Part shown: positions 22,660 to 32,380 of the stretch, in pieces | Layout: each line of letters opens with the position of its first letter | Numbering within the stretch: position 1 is the first letter of the stretch | Origin: Candidatus Poriferisodalis sp. | Lineage (GTDB): Bacteria; Actinomycetota; Acidimicrobiia; Acidimicrobiales; Poriferisodalaceae | Direction of reading: 5' to 3' | Assembly: GCF_965208895.1 (NCBI RefSeq) | Contig: NZ_OZ242363.1 | Span: 1,307,105-1,371,104 of the forward strand | DNA: 64,000 nucleotides | Made by a program: the position numbers and the translations under genes | Notes under the pieces: generated by a model | Database searches by the model: none | The model's input: only the letters and a program-made list of their open reading frames with translations | What the model was told of the DNA's origin: nothing

Positions 22660-24582
22660 TCACCGAACTCGGGCGACGAACCAACGCTGGCCCACGGACG
22701 CTGCGCTTCGCTCGATGGACTGCTCCGTCTCGAAGACGGAGTCCCTTCCGTCGGCACTGAGTGCGCCACTGAGTGACCCAGAGTCGCTGGCTCCAACCGA
22801 GGTGAAGGCCCGCACCGACGCGATCACGAAGTCCGAGCCGACGGCGACGACGACGTGCGCCTCGACATCCCCAAGGCCGAAGGCTTCCCGAGCGTCCTGC
22901 CATCCCCAATCAGTGCCGTCGCTCGACCATCCCACCCACAGGTCCATGTCGGGCCAATCTGGCGAGTCCAGCGCGGCACCAACGACGGCTTCGAGATCCG
23001 CAAGCGTGAAGGTCACCAGTTCCTCGCCGGTGACGGGGTCCTCGAACGTCAGCTCAAAGATGTCGCCGTCATCCACCTCTCGCACGCCCTCGGGAAGCTC
23101 ACCGCTCTCGATGATCTCGGGGCCGAACTCGTACACCGGCTCGTCGGCCACCATGTCCCACAGAGAAATCCCGCCCTCTGGCTCTCCGTATCGCAGCTCG
23201 TAGCCGTCCTTGGCGACCCGACCAGTTGGCAGGCCGGAATCGTCGCTGGTGCCCGCCGGGGGATCAGGCGGCGGCGGGAACGCCAACGTCGCGAGGCCCG
23301 CGGGGCCAACGCTGAACTCGCCCGAACTGCTGAGCCTCCCGAGCCAGGTGGTCGTGTGGTCTGCTCCGTCCGTGCCCCATTTCGTGACGTGGCTCTCGGT
23401 TCCGTCGGAGCTGACAATCCACACGGCGCCGTCAGCCCCGAGGGCCGTGGAATTGACCCAGCCTGGTACCAGAGACGGATCGAGCAACTCAGACGTCCAG
23501 TCCTCACCGTCGGGCGACGTGAGCCTTCTGACCTCTTCCCTGCCGGTCAGGGTGAGCAGCACGAAGCCGTCGTCGTTTCCGACAGCGCTGGTGCGCCACC
23601 CCTCGAGCGTCGCCACTTCGGAGAGCTCCGCGCCCGTGCCCGAGTAGACGCGGATGGACTCACCGGAGATCGGACTCCCCATGATTGCAAGCTGTTCGGC
23701 TGACAAGTCGAGTTCATCGACCGTGAACCTCAGTTCGTTCTCGCCTGTCCGCTGCGGGCTCTCGTCGTGCGAGTCGGCCTCCGGGGACTCCTCGAACAAC
23801 CAGACATCGACCTGACCGCCGCCGACCGAGATTCCGTGTACCTCTGCGCCTGCGGGAATCAGTCCCCGATCGGCGAGGAGCGCTTGTATATCCAGGTCGA
23901 GATGGGTGGTGGTGAGCGCAACAACCTGCGCACCTGACGTGGCGACTGCGATCACCCTCACGTATGCGATTGCGTACTCAGGCAGGTCGGGCGGGTCGAT
24001 CTGAAGCGTCGCTTCGGTCCAGCTGACGCCCCGATTGTCGGAGATGTAGATCCGGCCGCTGAGGTCGAAGTCACTCGGATCGTCGTACGACCATCCAGCG
24101 ACCGCCCAGCGAGCACCGGTCAAGTCGAGGGTGTGCGGCGACAGGCCAGACGGCAGCGGCACCGCCGACCAATCGGAGCCGTCTGAAGTGCTCAAGAGCT
24201 GCGACTCACCCGACGGCACTTCGCCGCGGATCACGACCCGGCCGTCGCCGATCGAGAACAACGTGCCAGAACCGTCGATGGCCGGGTCGAATTCGGTCCA
24301 CTGCAGGACCGGACCGGTGGTCATGTCCTCGGGCGACAGAGCTCCCGCAGCAGCGACATTGCCCGTGCTCGATGCCGCATCTGCGTTATCGGACGGCGCG
24401 TCCGCCCGTGACGGCACGACTTCAGCGTCCACCGTCTCGATGCGCTGAGCGGTGCTTTGCTCCGCCTCGACTTCGACAGCCTGCTCGGCCCCGTCGCTCC
24501 CCTCGGCGGAGACAACACCGCTCTCAGTGCCGCCGCATCCCGCCAAGGCCCAAGCCGTAGCCATGACGCCGAGCGCCGCCAT
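22660..24582 (-). CDS. Secreted lipoprotein with BNR/Asp-box-like (beta-propeller) repeats, paralogue 1
   Basis: The signal/lipobox is MAALGVMATAWALAGC. sDGxxW-type repeats are present (STSDGSDWS, SDNRGVSWT, SPDGEDWT, SSDGTDWGW). The start is trimmed to ATG 24582. Confidence 0.5.
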   Translation of the reverse strand: MAALGVMATAWALAGCGGTESGVVSAEGSDGAEQAVEVEAEQSTAQRIETVDAEVVPSRADAPSDNADAASSTGNVAAAGALSPEDMTTGPVLQWTEFDPAIDGSGTLFSIGDGRVVIRGEVPSGESQLLSTSDGSDWSAVPLPSGLSPHTLDLTGARWAVAGWSYDDPSDFDLSGRIYISDNRGVSWTEATLQIDPPDLPEYAIAYVRVIAVATSGAQVVALTTTHLDLDIQALLADRGLIPAGAEVHGISVGGGQVDVWLFEESPEADSHDESPQRTGENELRFTVDELDLSAEQLAIMGSPISGESIRVYSGTGAELSEVATLEGWRTSAVGNDDGFVLLTLTGREEVRRLTSPDGEDWTSELLDPSLVPGWVNSTALGADGAVWIVSSDGTESHVTKWGTDGADHTTTWLGRLSSSGEFSVGPAGLATLAFPPPPDPPAGTSDDSGLPTGRVAKDGYELRYGEPEGGISLWDMVADEPVYEFGPEIIESGELPEGVREVDDGDIFELTFEDPVTGEELVTFTLADLEAVVGAALDSPDWPDMDLWVGWSSDGTDWGWQDAREAFGLGDVEAHVVVAVGSDFVIASVRAFTSVGASDSGSLSGALSADGRDSVFETEQSIERSAASVGQRWFVARVR

Positions 24583-24725
24583 CAGGCACTTCGCAGCTTC
24601 AGTACCTCGACCACACGTCACTGAGCCGAGAATAGCTTCGCACCGATCACCCCGATCAGCAGCTCTCGCACCGTCGGGCGCCAGAAACGCGTCGCATCCA
24701 ACGGTGCCCATTTCTCCAGAAACGG

Positions 24726-26579
24726 TCAGGGCAGCTGGGCGACGAACAGGCGAGGTGCCGCTGGCGGATCCGTGTCGGCGTCGTCATCGGCGCCTGCGGC
24801 GGCGAACCGGGACGGTGCGGAAGGCTGCAGAACTGCGACGACGTATTCGGTGCCGACCGCGAGGCTGAGCTCTGCTCCAGCATCACAGGTGTCGAACGCT
24901 TCGGGGAGCGCTTGCCAGCCCCAGTCGACGCCGTCCGCGGACCAGCCGACCCACGGCCAGAATTCCGGGAAGGTGCCTGCGGCCCATTCCAGCCGCAGCC
25001 CCTGCCGCTGCACAAAGACGCCCGGTCGGCCGGACGTCCACCAGCACGTTCCGAACACCGGCTGGAGATCGAGGGCGTCGAACGAGACGAGTTCATCGGC
25101 CGAGTCGGGATCGTCGAAGACCAGCGTGTATGACGAGCCTTCGCCCCGCTGATGCGTGCCGTCGGGCGTGTCGAGGCCGTCGACAAAGCGACTCTCGAAC
25201 ACATACACCGCCTTGTCCGAGGTCACGTCCCACAACGTCACACCCCCGGGCGGTTCGTCGTAGCGAAGCTCGTAGCCGTCTTTCGCTGCTCGCCCGGCTC
25301 GGGCGTACGACCAGCCATCTGGCATCACCAATCTGGCAGTCGCCGCAAGGCCGGCCGACCCCACCCCCAACAAATCAGTGGAGCTGAGGCGGTCGAACTC
25401 CGCCATCCCAACGGGAGGCTGGCCGGCGGATTCTCGGGTGATGCGCACCCGTCCGCGCTCGGAGCCTTCCCGCCACGAGGACCACACAGCGCCTGTCGGG
25501 TCGACTGCCGATGTCTCTCGACTCGAGCCCTCGGAATACTGCACGAACGGTTCGGACTGCCATTCGCGGCCATCAGGCGAGGTCAGCTTCATCAGTTCTT
25601 CGGTGGTGACGACCAAGATGACGCCGTCGGATGCTGGCCCCGGTGGCGCCTGCGGCTGCGGTGCCACGTGTGACCAGTCGTCAGTCAGCACGGTGAAACC
25701 GCCCTCTGTCCACCTCCCGACTGCGTCCGAGCCTCCTGTTGCCGCCATGTGAGCGAGGGTTGTGCCCTCACCGCCGAAGAGATGAATGCGTGCATCGCTC
25801 TGGTCACGTTCGATGGCGTCTACCTGCTCGGGACTGAGCGCTAGCTCCGCATACGACAGATGGACCTCGGATACGTCGGGAGCATCCGCGTTGTTGCCCA
25901 AGCGACGGAACTCAACGGCGATCGAATCCTCGTCCAGTGTCCAGTAGGCCACGAACATGCCGTCTGGGATCCGACCTCGGTCAGCAAGGAGTGACGCGAG
26001 ATCGAACGTGGTGAAGCTGAGCACAGCAACGACAATCTGACGGCCCGATGTCAGCGCCTCCACCACACGCATTGACCGAGATGCGTATTCCGGCAACGGC
26101 GCGCCCGGCATCTGCTCGAGCGTCGCCTGGGTCCAGTTCACACCGTTGTCGTCACTGACAAACACGTCGCCGAAGGTCTCGGCGTCATCGCTGTGAATGC
26201 CGAGGGGCGCACCGATGAGGACCCATCGATCGCCGTCGGCGTCCGCGGCGAGGGGTACGACACCGTCGGGCACCGGCAGCGCCGTCCACTCTTGTCCGTC
26301 GTCGGTAACGCGAACGGCGAACGCTCCTGTGGGCTCACGACCGCCGACCGCGACGCGACCGTCGCTCGTGGTCTCCGCAAACAACACAGACTCGAGTTCG
26401 AAGTCCAGCTCGGTCCACTGCAGGATTGGACCAGTGGACAGGTCGGCGGGCGCCGGGACCGCCACGTTGCTAGGCGTGCAGCCCGCGAGGCTCGATGCGG
26501 CTGCGGCGACAAGAAGCAGAAGACCCACGCGCCGCCGAGCAGTTCCCGGAGGCGTCACGGAATCTGGGCGATGAACCAA
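24726..26579 (-). CDS. Secreted lipoprotein with BNR/Asp-box-like repeats, paralogue 2
   Basis: The lipobox reads ..AAASSLAGC... It contains VSDDNGVNWT (SxDxGxxW), TDDGQEWT, SPDGREWQ and WSADGVDWGW. It shares the motif GPILQWTELD with its neighbours. Confidence 0.5.
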   Translation of the reverse strand: MVHRPDSVTPPGTARRRVGLLLLVAAAASSLAGCTPSNVAVPAPADLSTGPILQWTELDFELESVLFAETTSDGRVAVGGREPTGAFAVRVTDDGQEWTALPVPDGVVPLAADADGDRWVLIGAPLGIHSDDAETFGDVFVSDDNGVNWTQATLEQMPGAPLPEYASRSMRVVEALTSGRQIVVAVLSFTTFDLASLLADRGRIPDGMFVAYWTLDEDSIAVEFRRLGNNADAPDVSEVHLSYAELALSPEQVDAIERDQSDARIHLFGGEGTTLAHMAATGGSDAVGRWTEGGFTVLTDDWSHVAPQPQAPPGPASDGVILVVTTEELMKLTSPDGREWQSEPFVQYSEGSSRETSAVDPTGAVWSSWREGSERGRVRITRESAGQPPVGMAEFDRLSSTDLLGVGSAGLAATARLVMPDGWSYARAGRAAKDGYELRYDEPPGGVTLWDVTSDKAVYVFESRFVDGLDTPDGTHQRGEGSSYTLVFDDPDSADELVSFDALDLQPVFGTCWWTSGRPGVFVQRQGLRLEWAAGTFPEFWPWVGWSADGVDWGWQALPEAFDTCDAGAELSLAVGTEYVVAVLQPSAPSRFAAAGADDDADTDPPAAPRLFVAQLP

Positions 26580-28465
26580 CGCGGTGCGGGAAGTGGGCTG
26601 CCGAAGTCGGTTCCCTCGTCAAACTCGAGAGGCGGGATGATCGTCACCATCGCGACTACAAAGTCATTTCCGACGGCGAATCTGGGCGCGCCTGCTTGGT
26701 CGCCGAGATCGAAAGCGTCCTGAGCCGATTCCCATCCCCACCGAACACCGTCTGCCGACCAGCCCACCCACACGTCGGGCACATCCGATTCCATCGGCGT
26801 TGGGAGGTCCAGCACCGGAAGCAGTTCTTCGATGGTGAACGTAACGAGGTCCTCGCCGGTCTCGGGATCCTCGAAGGTCATGGTGCCGAGGTCGCCGATC
26901 CCCTCGATACGCACGCCCGGCGGCGCCTCGCTGCCCCCGACGACCTCGGGACCGAAGACGTACACCGCTTCGCCCCTCGACAGGTCCCACAAGGTCAACC
27001 CACCTTCGGGCTCGCCAACGCGCACTTCGTAACCCTCTTTCGTCACCCGCCCGTCAGACCAGAATTCCTCGTTTCCCTCTTCGACCTGCTCCAACTCCGT
27101 GAAACCCGTCACGACGAGTCCTGGAGGGCCCGCCGCGATGTCCGCCAAGGCGTCGATGCTCGGAAAGTTCGCTGTCTGGGCGGATTGCTCGCCGACGCGC
27201 CAGCGGTGTATCGAACCGCCGCCGCCTCCATCGAGGGCAGTCGAGAAACGGACGGTCCACACAGTGCCGTCCCCTGCGAACGCATGCGATTGATGAGATT
27301 CGGCAGTCCTGGCGTGACCGAGCGGATGGACACTCCACGACTCGCCGTCGGGTGATGTCACGAGACTCTCGCCGTCACCGGTAGACAGGATCAGGCGGAA
27401 GCCGTCATCTGATGCGTTGCCCGCATGCAGCCATCCGTCGAATGAAACGACAGCAGCAAGACTTGGCCCGCTGCCGCCGAACAAGAACACCCGCCAGCCG
27501 TGAAGCGGCTCTTCGCGTGCGTCGCTGAGCATTGCTATCTGCGAGTCCGTCAGCGCCAGATCGTCATGTGAGAAGTCGAACTCGGCCTCAGTTCCGTCGC
27601 CGTTGTCGAGCCAGACGCGCACGGAGTTGCCGACCGTCGTCCACCCGACAATGTGAGTATCGGCAGCCACGAGCCCCGCATTGACGAGTAATGACGCGAC
27701 ATCCAGCCGGACCTGACCCTGTGCGGCAGCCAGGACGTAGTCGCCGGACACGTACACCGAAGTCAGACTCAACTCCACCGTCGCGTCGTCGTGCAGATCT
27801 CTGCGGGCGGCTTGAGTGTCGAGCTGCACCCGTGTCCACGTCGCTCCCTCATCGCCGGAGACAAAGACCGGAACACCCATTTCGGCCTCATCGCCTCCGA
27901 CAGGGGGTGCTGTAAGGGGCACTCCGCTCACGGCGATGCGCTGATCGGACATGTCGAGGCCCAACGGGTAAAGCTCATGCGGCAAGGGCACGCGAGTCCA
28001 AGCAGCACCATCCTGCGTCACCAGCAGATGCGATGCACCAGCGAAGGACTCGCCCGGGAGCCGCCCTCCCGCCGCCACGATTCTGCCGTCGCTAGTCGCA
28101 TGAAGGGCGATGCCATAGGGAATATCGAGCTCGATCTCGGTCCACTGCAGGACCGGACCGGTGGACATGTCCTCGGGCGAGGGAACCGCGGCCACTGCGC
28201 CGTCGTCGAGACTTCCGGTTGCATCCGCCTGATCGGACTGCACTGCTGGCTGCGAGGACGCGGCATCGGTATCGACCGTTTCGATCCGCTGGGAAGTGCC
28301 TTGCTGCGCCTCGACGTCAACAACCTGCTCGGCCCCGTCGCTCCCCTCAGCCGCGACCACACCGCTCTCATCGCCGCCACAACCCGTCAATGCCCATGCC
28401 GTGACCATGACGCCGAGCGACACGAACAGCCACCTCACTACCCCCGAGCGTCGCTGACGAACCAC
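26555..28465 (-). CDS. Secreted lipoprotein with BNR/Asp-box-like repeats, paralogue 3
   Basis: The lipobox reads ..VTAWALTGC... It contains [10 protein letters not shown] (a perfect Asp-box), SPDGESWS and [10 protein letters not shown]. The N-terminal ~150 codons are near-identical to paralogue 1. Confidence 0.5.
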   Translation of the reverse strand: MVRQRRSGVVRWLFVSLGVMVTAWALTGCGGDESGVVAAEGSDGAEQVVDVEAQQGTSQRIETVDTDAASSQPAVQSDQADATGSLDDGAVAAVPSPEDMSTGPVLQWTEIELDIPYGIALHATSDGRIVAAGGRLPGESFAGASHLLVTQDGAAWTRVPLPHELYPLGLDMSDQRIAVSGVPLTAPPVGGDEAEMGVPVFVSGDEGATWTRVQLDTQAARRDLHDDATVELSLTSVYVSGDYVLAAAQGQVRLDVASLLVNAGLVAADTHIVGWTTVGNSVRVWLDNGDGTEAEFDFSHDDLALTDSQIAMLSDAREEPLHGWRVFLFGGSGPSLAAVVSFDGWLHAGNASDDGFRLILSTGDGESLVTSPDGESWSVHPLGHARTAESHQSHAFAGDGTVWTVRFSTALDGGGGGSIHRWRVGEQSAQTANFPSIDALADIAAGPPGLVVTGFTELEQVEEGNEEFWSDGRVTKEGYEVRVGEPEGGLTLWDLSRGEAVYVFGPEVVGGSEAPPGVRIEGIGDLGTMTFEDPETGEDLVTFTIEELLPVLDLPTPMESDVPDVWVGWSADGVRWGWESAQDAFDLGDQAGAPRFAVGNDFVVAMVTIIPPLEFDEGTDFGSPLPAPRWFIAQIP

Positions 28466-28578
28466 CGGGTCGAGCCTATGACTGGGCGTCTTGCGGGAAG
28501 CGTCGCGCGAGCGAAGACAGCGTCTTCGCGAAGGGAATTCAGCGACGGGTTGGCGGCTCGTGCTGGCAGGATGCGCCC

Positions 28579-29496
28579 ATGAGCATCTCGGGGAGCATCA
28601 CCGCAGTTGGGCACAGCTATGTGGACGCGGCGACAGGGACACCGCTCGACGCATGGTTCCCGGCAGGGGCTACCGCCGAGAAGCCACCGGCCCGGTCGTG
28701 CCTGGCCGTCGAACTCGGCGTGATCGCGGGCGAGGCGGTGACGGTCACCATCGACGATCTTGACACCCCGCCCGCCGATTTGGCTGATGCATACCTGCGG
28801 CTTCATCTGCTCAGCCGCCGGGCGATCAAGCCCCACGACGCCAACCTCGACGGCATCTTCGGCCTGCTGACCAACTGTGCGTGGACCAGCGCCGGGCCGG
28901 TACTGCCCGAACGCGTCGACGACCTGCGCTCTATGGCGGCTGCGAGTGGCCAGGCGGTGACTGTCACCGCGGTCGACAAGATTCCTCGCATGGTCGACTA
29001 CGTCATCCCGTCGGGCGTGCGCATCGGCGACGCCGACAGAGTGCGGCTGGGCGCTCACGTGGCAGATGGCACCACGGTGATGCACGAAGGGTTCATCAAC
29101 TTCAATGCCGGAACACTCGGGCCTGCGATGGTCGAGGGTCGCATTTCTGCGGGCGTCGTCGTCGGAGCGCACTCGGACCTCGGCGGCAGCGCCTCCACCA
29201 TGGGCACGCTGTCGGGTGGCGGCAAGGAACGGGTGTCCATCGGCGAGCACTGCCTGCTGGGCGCAAACTCAGGTATCGGCATCGCGCTCGGCGACAACTG
29301 CACCGTCGAGGCGGGCCTGTACGTCACTGCCGGAAGCCGGGTCACTCTGCCCGATGGCTCGGTCGTCAAGGGTCGCGACATCTCGGGCCGCTCGGGGATG
29401 CTGCTCATTCGCAACAGCACCAGCGGTGCCATAGAGATGCGGGTCGCCGACCCCAGTCGCTGGGAAGGCATCAACCCCGAACTCCACAAGAACTGA
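28579..29496 (+). CDS. dapD: 2,3,4,5-tetrahydropyridine-2,6-dicarboxylate N-succinyltransferase
   Basis: It is colinear with actinobacterial DapD as I remember it: ..AYLRLHLLS.., ..[28 protein letters not shown].., ..[15 protein letters not shown].. and ..MGTLSGGG... Confidence 0.9.
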   Translation: MSISGSITAVGHSYVDAATGTPLDAWFPAGATAEKPPARSCLAVELGVIAGEAVTVTIDDLDTPPADLADAYLRLHLLSRRAIKPHDANLDGIFGLLTNCAWTSAGPVLPERVDDLRSMAAASGQAVTVTAVDKIPRMVDYVIPSGVRIGDADRVRLGAHVADGTTVMHEGFINFNAGTLGPAMVEGRISAGVVVGAHSDLGGSASTMGTLSGGGKERVSIGEHCLLGANSGIGIALGDNCTVEAGLYVTAGSRVTLPDGSVVKGRDISGRSGMLLIRNSTSGAIEMRVADPSRWEGINPELHKN

Positions 29497-29635
29497 ATTG
29501 CGGCGCCCAATATCAGGTCATACCGGCCAAGCCGAGTGACACCTTGATTGACATTGGTTAGGTCAAAACTAGATACCAATAGTGCATTACACCTGATTAC
29601 ACTGCACCGATGAGCGCTCATTATCAGGCGGAACT

Positions 29636-30838
29636 GTGGTGACCTGCCGCGACGAGACTTGTGAGTACCTCAGAACGCATCCATGGATCGACTTCGATGC
29701 GAGTATCGCGAACCGGCTGGGCGCTCGTTCGTGGATGCAAATTGGCGAGGCATACGCGAGGTGCGCAGAACTCTCAGGAACACCCCTCGCCCCGGCCGTT
29801 GCTGAAACGCTTCACCAACATGCACTCATCCGAGGAGCCCAGGCCACGGTGGCCATCGAGGGCAACACGCTGACCCTCGAGCAGGTGCAGAGCATCTACG
29901 CCGGAGATTTCTCCGCACCCCAATCCCGCGCGTATCAGGAGCGCGAGGTCCGCAACGTCCTCGAAGCGTTCGAACGACTCGACGACATGGTGACCGAAGA
30001 TGGCGACCTCCGCCTGAGCGCCGAGTTGATCTGCGATCTGAACCGATGGGTGCTTGAAGGAGTCGACCCCGACGCTGCGCTGAAACCGGGTGCCACCAGA
30101 ACGCACTCAGTTGTCGTCGGCTCATATGTCGGTCCTTCCGCACGTGACTGCTGGCACCTGCTGGAACGGTTAGCCGACTGGCTCGATGGCGACGACTTCC
30201 GACCCAGCGGCAGCGAGGGTGACGACAGCCGCGAGGCTTTCGCTCGCACCGTGCTGAGCGCCTTGCTCGCGCACCTGTACATCGCTTGGATCCACCCGTT
30301 CGGCGATGGCAACGGCCGTACTGCACGGTTGCTTGAATACCTGATCCTCGCCAGATCGGGCAGGGTCCCGCTGGCTGCGGCGAATCTGATGGCCAATCAC
30401 TTCAACCTCACGCGTGACAGGTACTACTCGCGGCTCGCGGCGGCCAGTCGCGAACGAGATGTCCTGGGATTCTTGGAATACGGAATCGAAGGGCTCGTGG
30501 ACGGACTCGTCGAGCACTCGGCGGCTGTGAGAGCGCAGCACCTAGGTCTTGCGTGGCAGGGCTACGTCGCGGAAACGATGGCACGGTTCCCGACAAGTCC
30601 CGCATCGGAACGCCAACGCGCGCTGGTAATGGCGTTGGAGCCAGCGGTGAGAGTTCCACGGCCAGATGTCGCCGGTTTGACCCCGCAACTGGCGCAGATG
30701 TATGCACGCACCGGGCCTCGCACGCTCGCTCGCGACCTCAACCGACTTGAGGACGCGGGACTCATCGAGGTCTCGAAGGAAGGCATTCGTGCCCGGATTG
30801 ATCTGATGTCTGCTTTCCTGCTGCCCACGTCGACCTGA
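29636..30838 (+). CDS. Fic-family protein (class II, with N-terminal inhibitory helix)
   Basis: The canonical Fic motif HPFGDGNGRTARLL is present. The upstream ..ATVAIEGNTL.. fits the (S/T)xxxE(G/N) inhibitory motif. Confidence 0.85.
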   Translation: MVTCRDETCEYLRTHPWIDFDASIANRLGARSWMQIGEAYARCAELSGTPLAPAVAETLHQHALIRGAQATVAIEGNTLTLEQVQSIYAGDFSAPQSRAYQEREVRNVLEAFERLDDMVTEDGDLRLSAELICDLNRWVLEGVDPDAALKPGATRTHSVVVGSYVGPSARDCWHLLERLADWLDGDDFRPSGSEGDDSREAFARTVLSALLAHLYIAWIHPFGDGNGRTARLLEYLILARSGRVPLAAANLMANHFNLTRDRYYSRLAAASRERDVLGFLEYGIEGLVDGLVEHSAAVRAQHLGLAWQGYVAETMARFPTSPASERQRALVMALEPAVRVPRPDVAGLTPQLAQMYARTGPRTLARDLNRLEDAGLIEVSKEGIRARIDLMSAFLLPTST

Positions 30839-30880
30839 ACGACGAAATTCGGGCCGACCCCCGACCCGGCATGCCAGACC

Positions 30881-31741
30881 TCAAGGTTGGTCTCGTTGCG
30901 CCCATATGGTCCCGTCGCGCTCGAGCATCTGCACCGCCTCATGAATGTCCGCGTCCAGGGCATCTTCGAATTGATCTCGCAGGACATCCTCGGCGTCGTA
31001 AGGACCATTGTTGTCCCAGATATGTCTGCCGAGATCACTGGCGTACGGCACGCCAACATCCTCAGGCAAGGCGTAGTTCGCGCGAAACCACTCCGCCATG
31101 TCATGCAGGTCGGCGTGTTGATCCCGTGCAACAGCGATGACGAATCGACAGAGCCAGTCAAACTGCTCGGCAGCAGGCGGATTGGCGGCCATTCCGTGCG
31201 CAATCGCGTCACGACGTATCGCAAAGTCCCTGAGTTCTGACGCTTGATTGTCGCTGAGCACGCCGTCGATGGTGAGTTGCTTGACGAGGCTGCGCGGCGG
31301 CAACGAACGCGTCGGGGCGACTTGTCGCTTGTTGGCTTCCCAGAGCAAGGCGCCTTCGACTGCTGACCACAGCAACAGGCAGGCGGCGTCAGGCGACGCC
31401 TCGGCGAGTTGCTGTGCCTCACGAACTCGCTGGTCCACGAGTTTCAGATCCGGCATCGACGGGGACGGCTCGCGCTCGTAGGTGACGATGTCGAGACGCC
31501 AACCGCATTCGGTTCGCAGGATCTCTGTGAGTTCCTCAAGCCTCCCGCGTGACCAATCATTCATGTTCGCCGACTTGACCTCGACCACCACGACGTCATC
31601 GCCCCGGCGAGCGATCGCGTCCGCCGTAAACGCATCGAAGGGTCTCGGCAAACTCTCGGACAGGCTCACCATGTAGCCCTCGGCCTCGTACTTCGCCTTG
31701 GCGTCGAGCAGCGCCTCGTGGGCCTCGCCTGCCATGCTCAT
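30881..31741 (-). CDS. Hypothetical two-domain protein: N-terminal PD-(D/E)xK-like nuclease fold and C-terminal HEPN-like region
   Basis: ..FTADAIARRGDDVVVVEVKS.. gives the D..EVK pattern. ..FAIRRDAIAHG.. fits Rx4-6H. ATG 31741 overlaps the RusA-like stop as ATGA. The track ORF extension to 32062 is spurious. Confidence 0.4.
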   Translation of the reverse strand: MSMAGEAHEALLDAKAKYEAEGYMVSLSESLPRPFDAFTADAIARRGDDVVVVEVKSANMNDWSRGRLEELTEILRTECGWRLDIVTYEREPSPSMPDLKLVDQRVREAQQLAEASPDAACLLLWSAVEGALLWEANKRQVAPTRSLPPRSLVKQLTIDGVLSDNQASELRDFAIRRDAIAHGMAANPPAAEQFDWLCRFVIAVARDQHADLHDMAEWFRANYALPEDVGVPYASDLGRHIWDNNGPYDAEDVLRDQFEDALDADIHEAVQMLERDGTIWAQRDQP

Positions 31742-32121
31742 GAGAATGTCACTTCCGGTTGGGCCGTGGCGACGCGTATGTATACGAAGTCGCCTGGACG
31801 CAGTGCAAGGGCGTCGCTCAGCATCGTCGACGGATCGATGATCGGCGGCAGATGTTGTTGGTTGATCTTTCTGGCACAGACATCCACGACATGCTCGTCG
31901 TCCACGTAGACGATGCCCTCGAGTGCGTCCTGGATTGACTTGATGATGTTGTCTGCATCCAGGTCGGTTGTGTCCTCGAAGAAGAAATCGATGCGCAGCC
32001 GTAGGGCTCCGGCGAGAACACCGACATGTGCTGGAACGGCGTTCTTCACGGTGGCCTGCCACTGTGATCGGGAACGAGCCCTATGACTCCTTGGCGTTCC
32101 GACCACGACGAATTCGATCAT
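31738..32121 (-). CDS. RusA-like Holliday-junction resolvase family protein
   Basis: ..LRLRIDFFFEDTTDLDADNIIKSIQDALEGIVYVDDEHVVDV.. matches the RusA D-x-DN..K..DAL...DD pattern. The size is 127 aa. Confidence 0.6.
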   Translation of the reverse strand: MIEFVVVGTPRSHRARSRSQWQATVKNAVPAHVGVLAGALRLRIDFFFEDTTDLDADNIIKSIQDALEGIVYVDDEHVVDVCARKINQQHLPPIIDPSTMLSDALALRPGDFVYIRVATAQPEVTFS

Positions 32122-32380
32122 GCTTGTGACTGCACCTCCGCCACGTGCGGCGAGGCTATGCGCACACTCCGAATTGTCACGAGGAATTTTCGGGTCTCAC
32201 GGTGCTTTCTGCGCGACACGCTGGCTCGAAGCCGCCCAGGCAGGCGCCCCTTCTCCAGTCGTCGTGCGATGACCGCCGTGATGCTGAGCGCGCGTCTGCC
32301 CAGCCGATCCGAGCCCGGAAGCGGCGGCGATGGGAGCGGTATCGTCGAATGCGCCGCTGGGAATACAGGGAGGCACTGCC

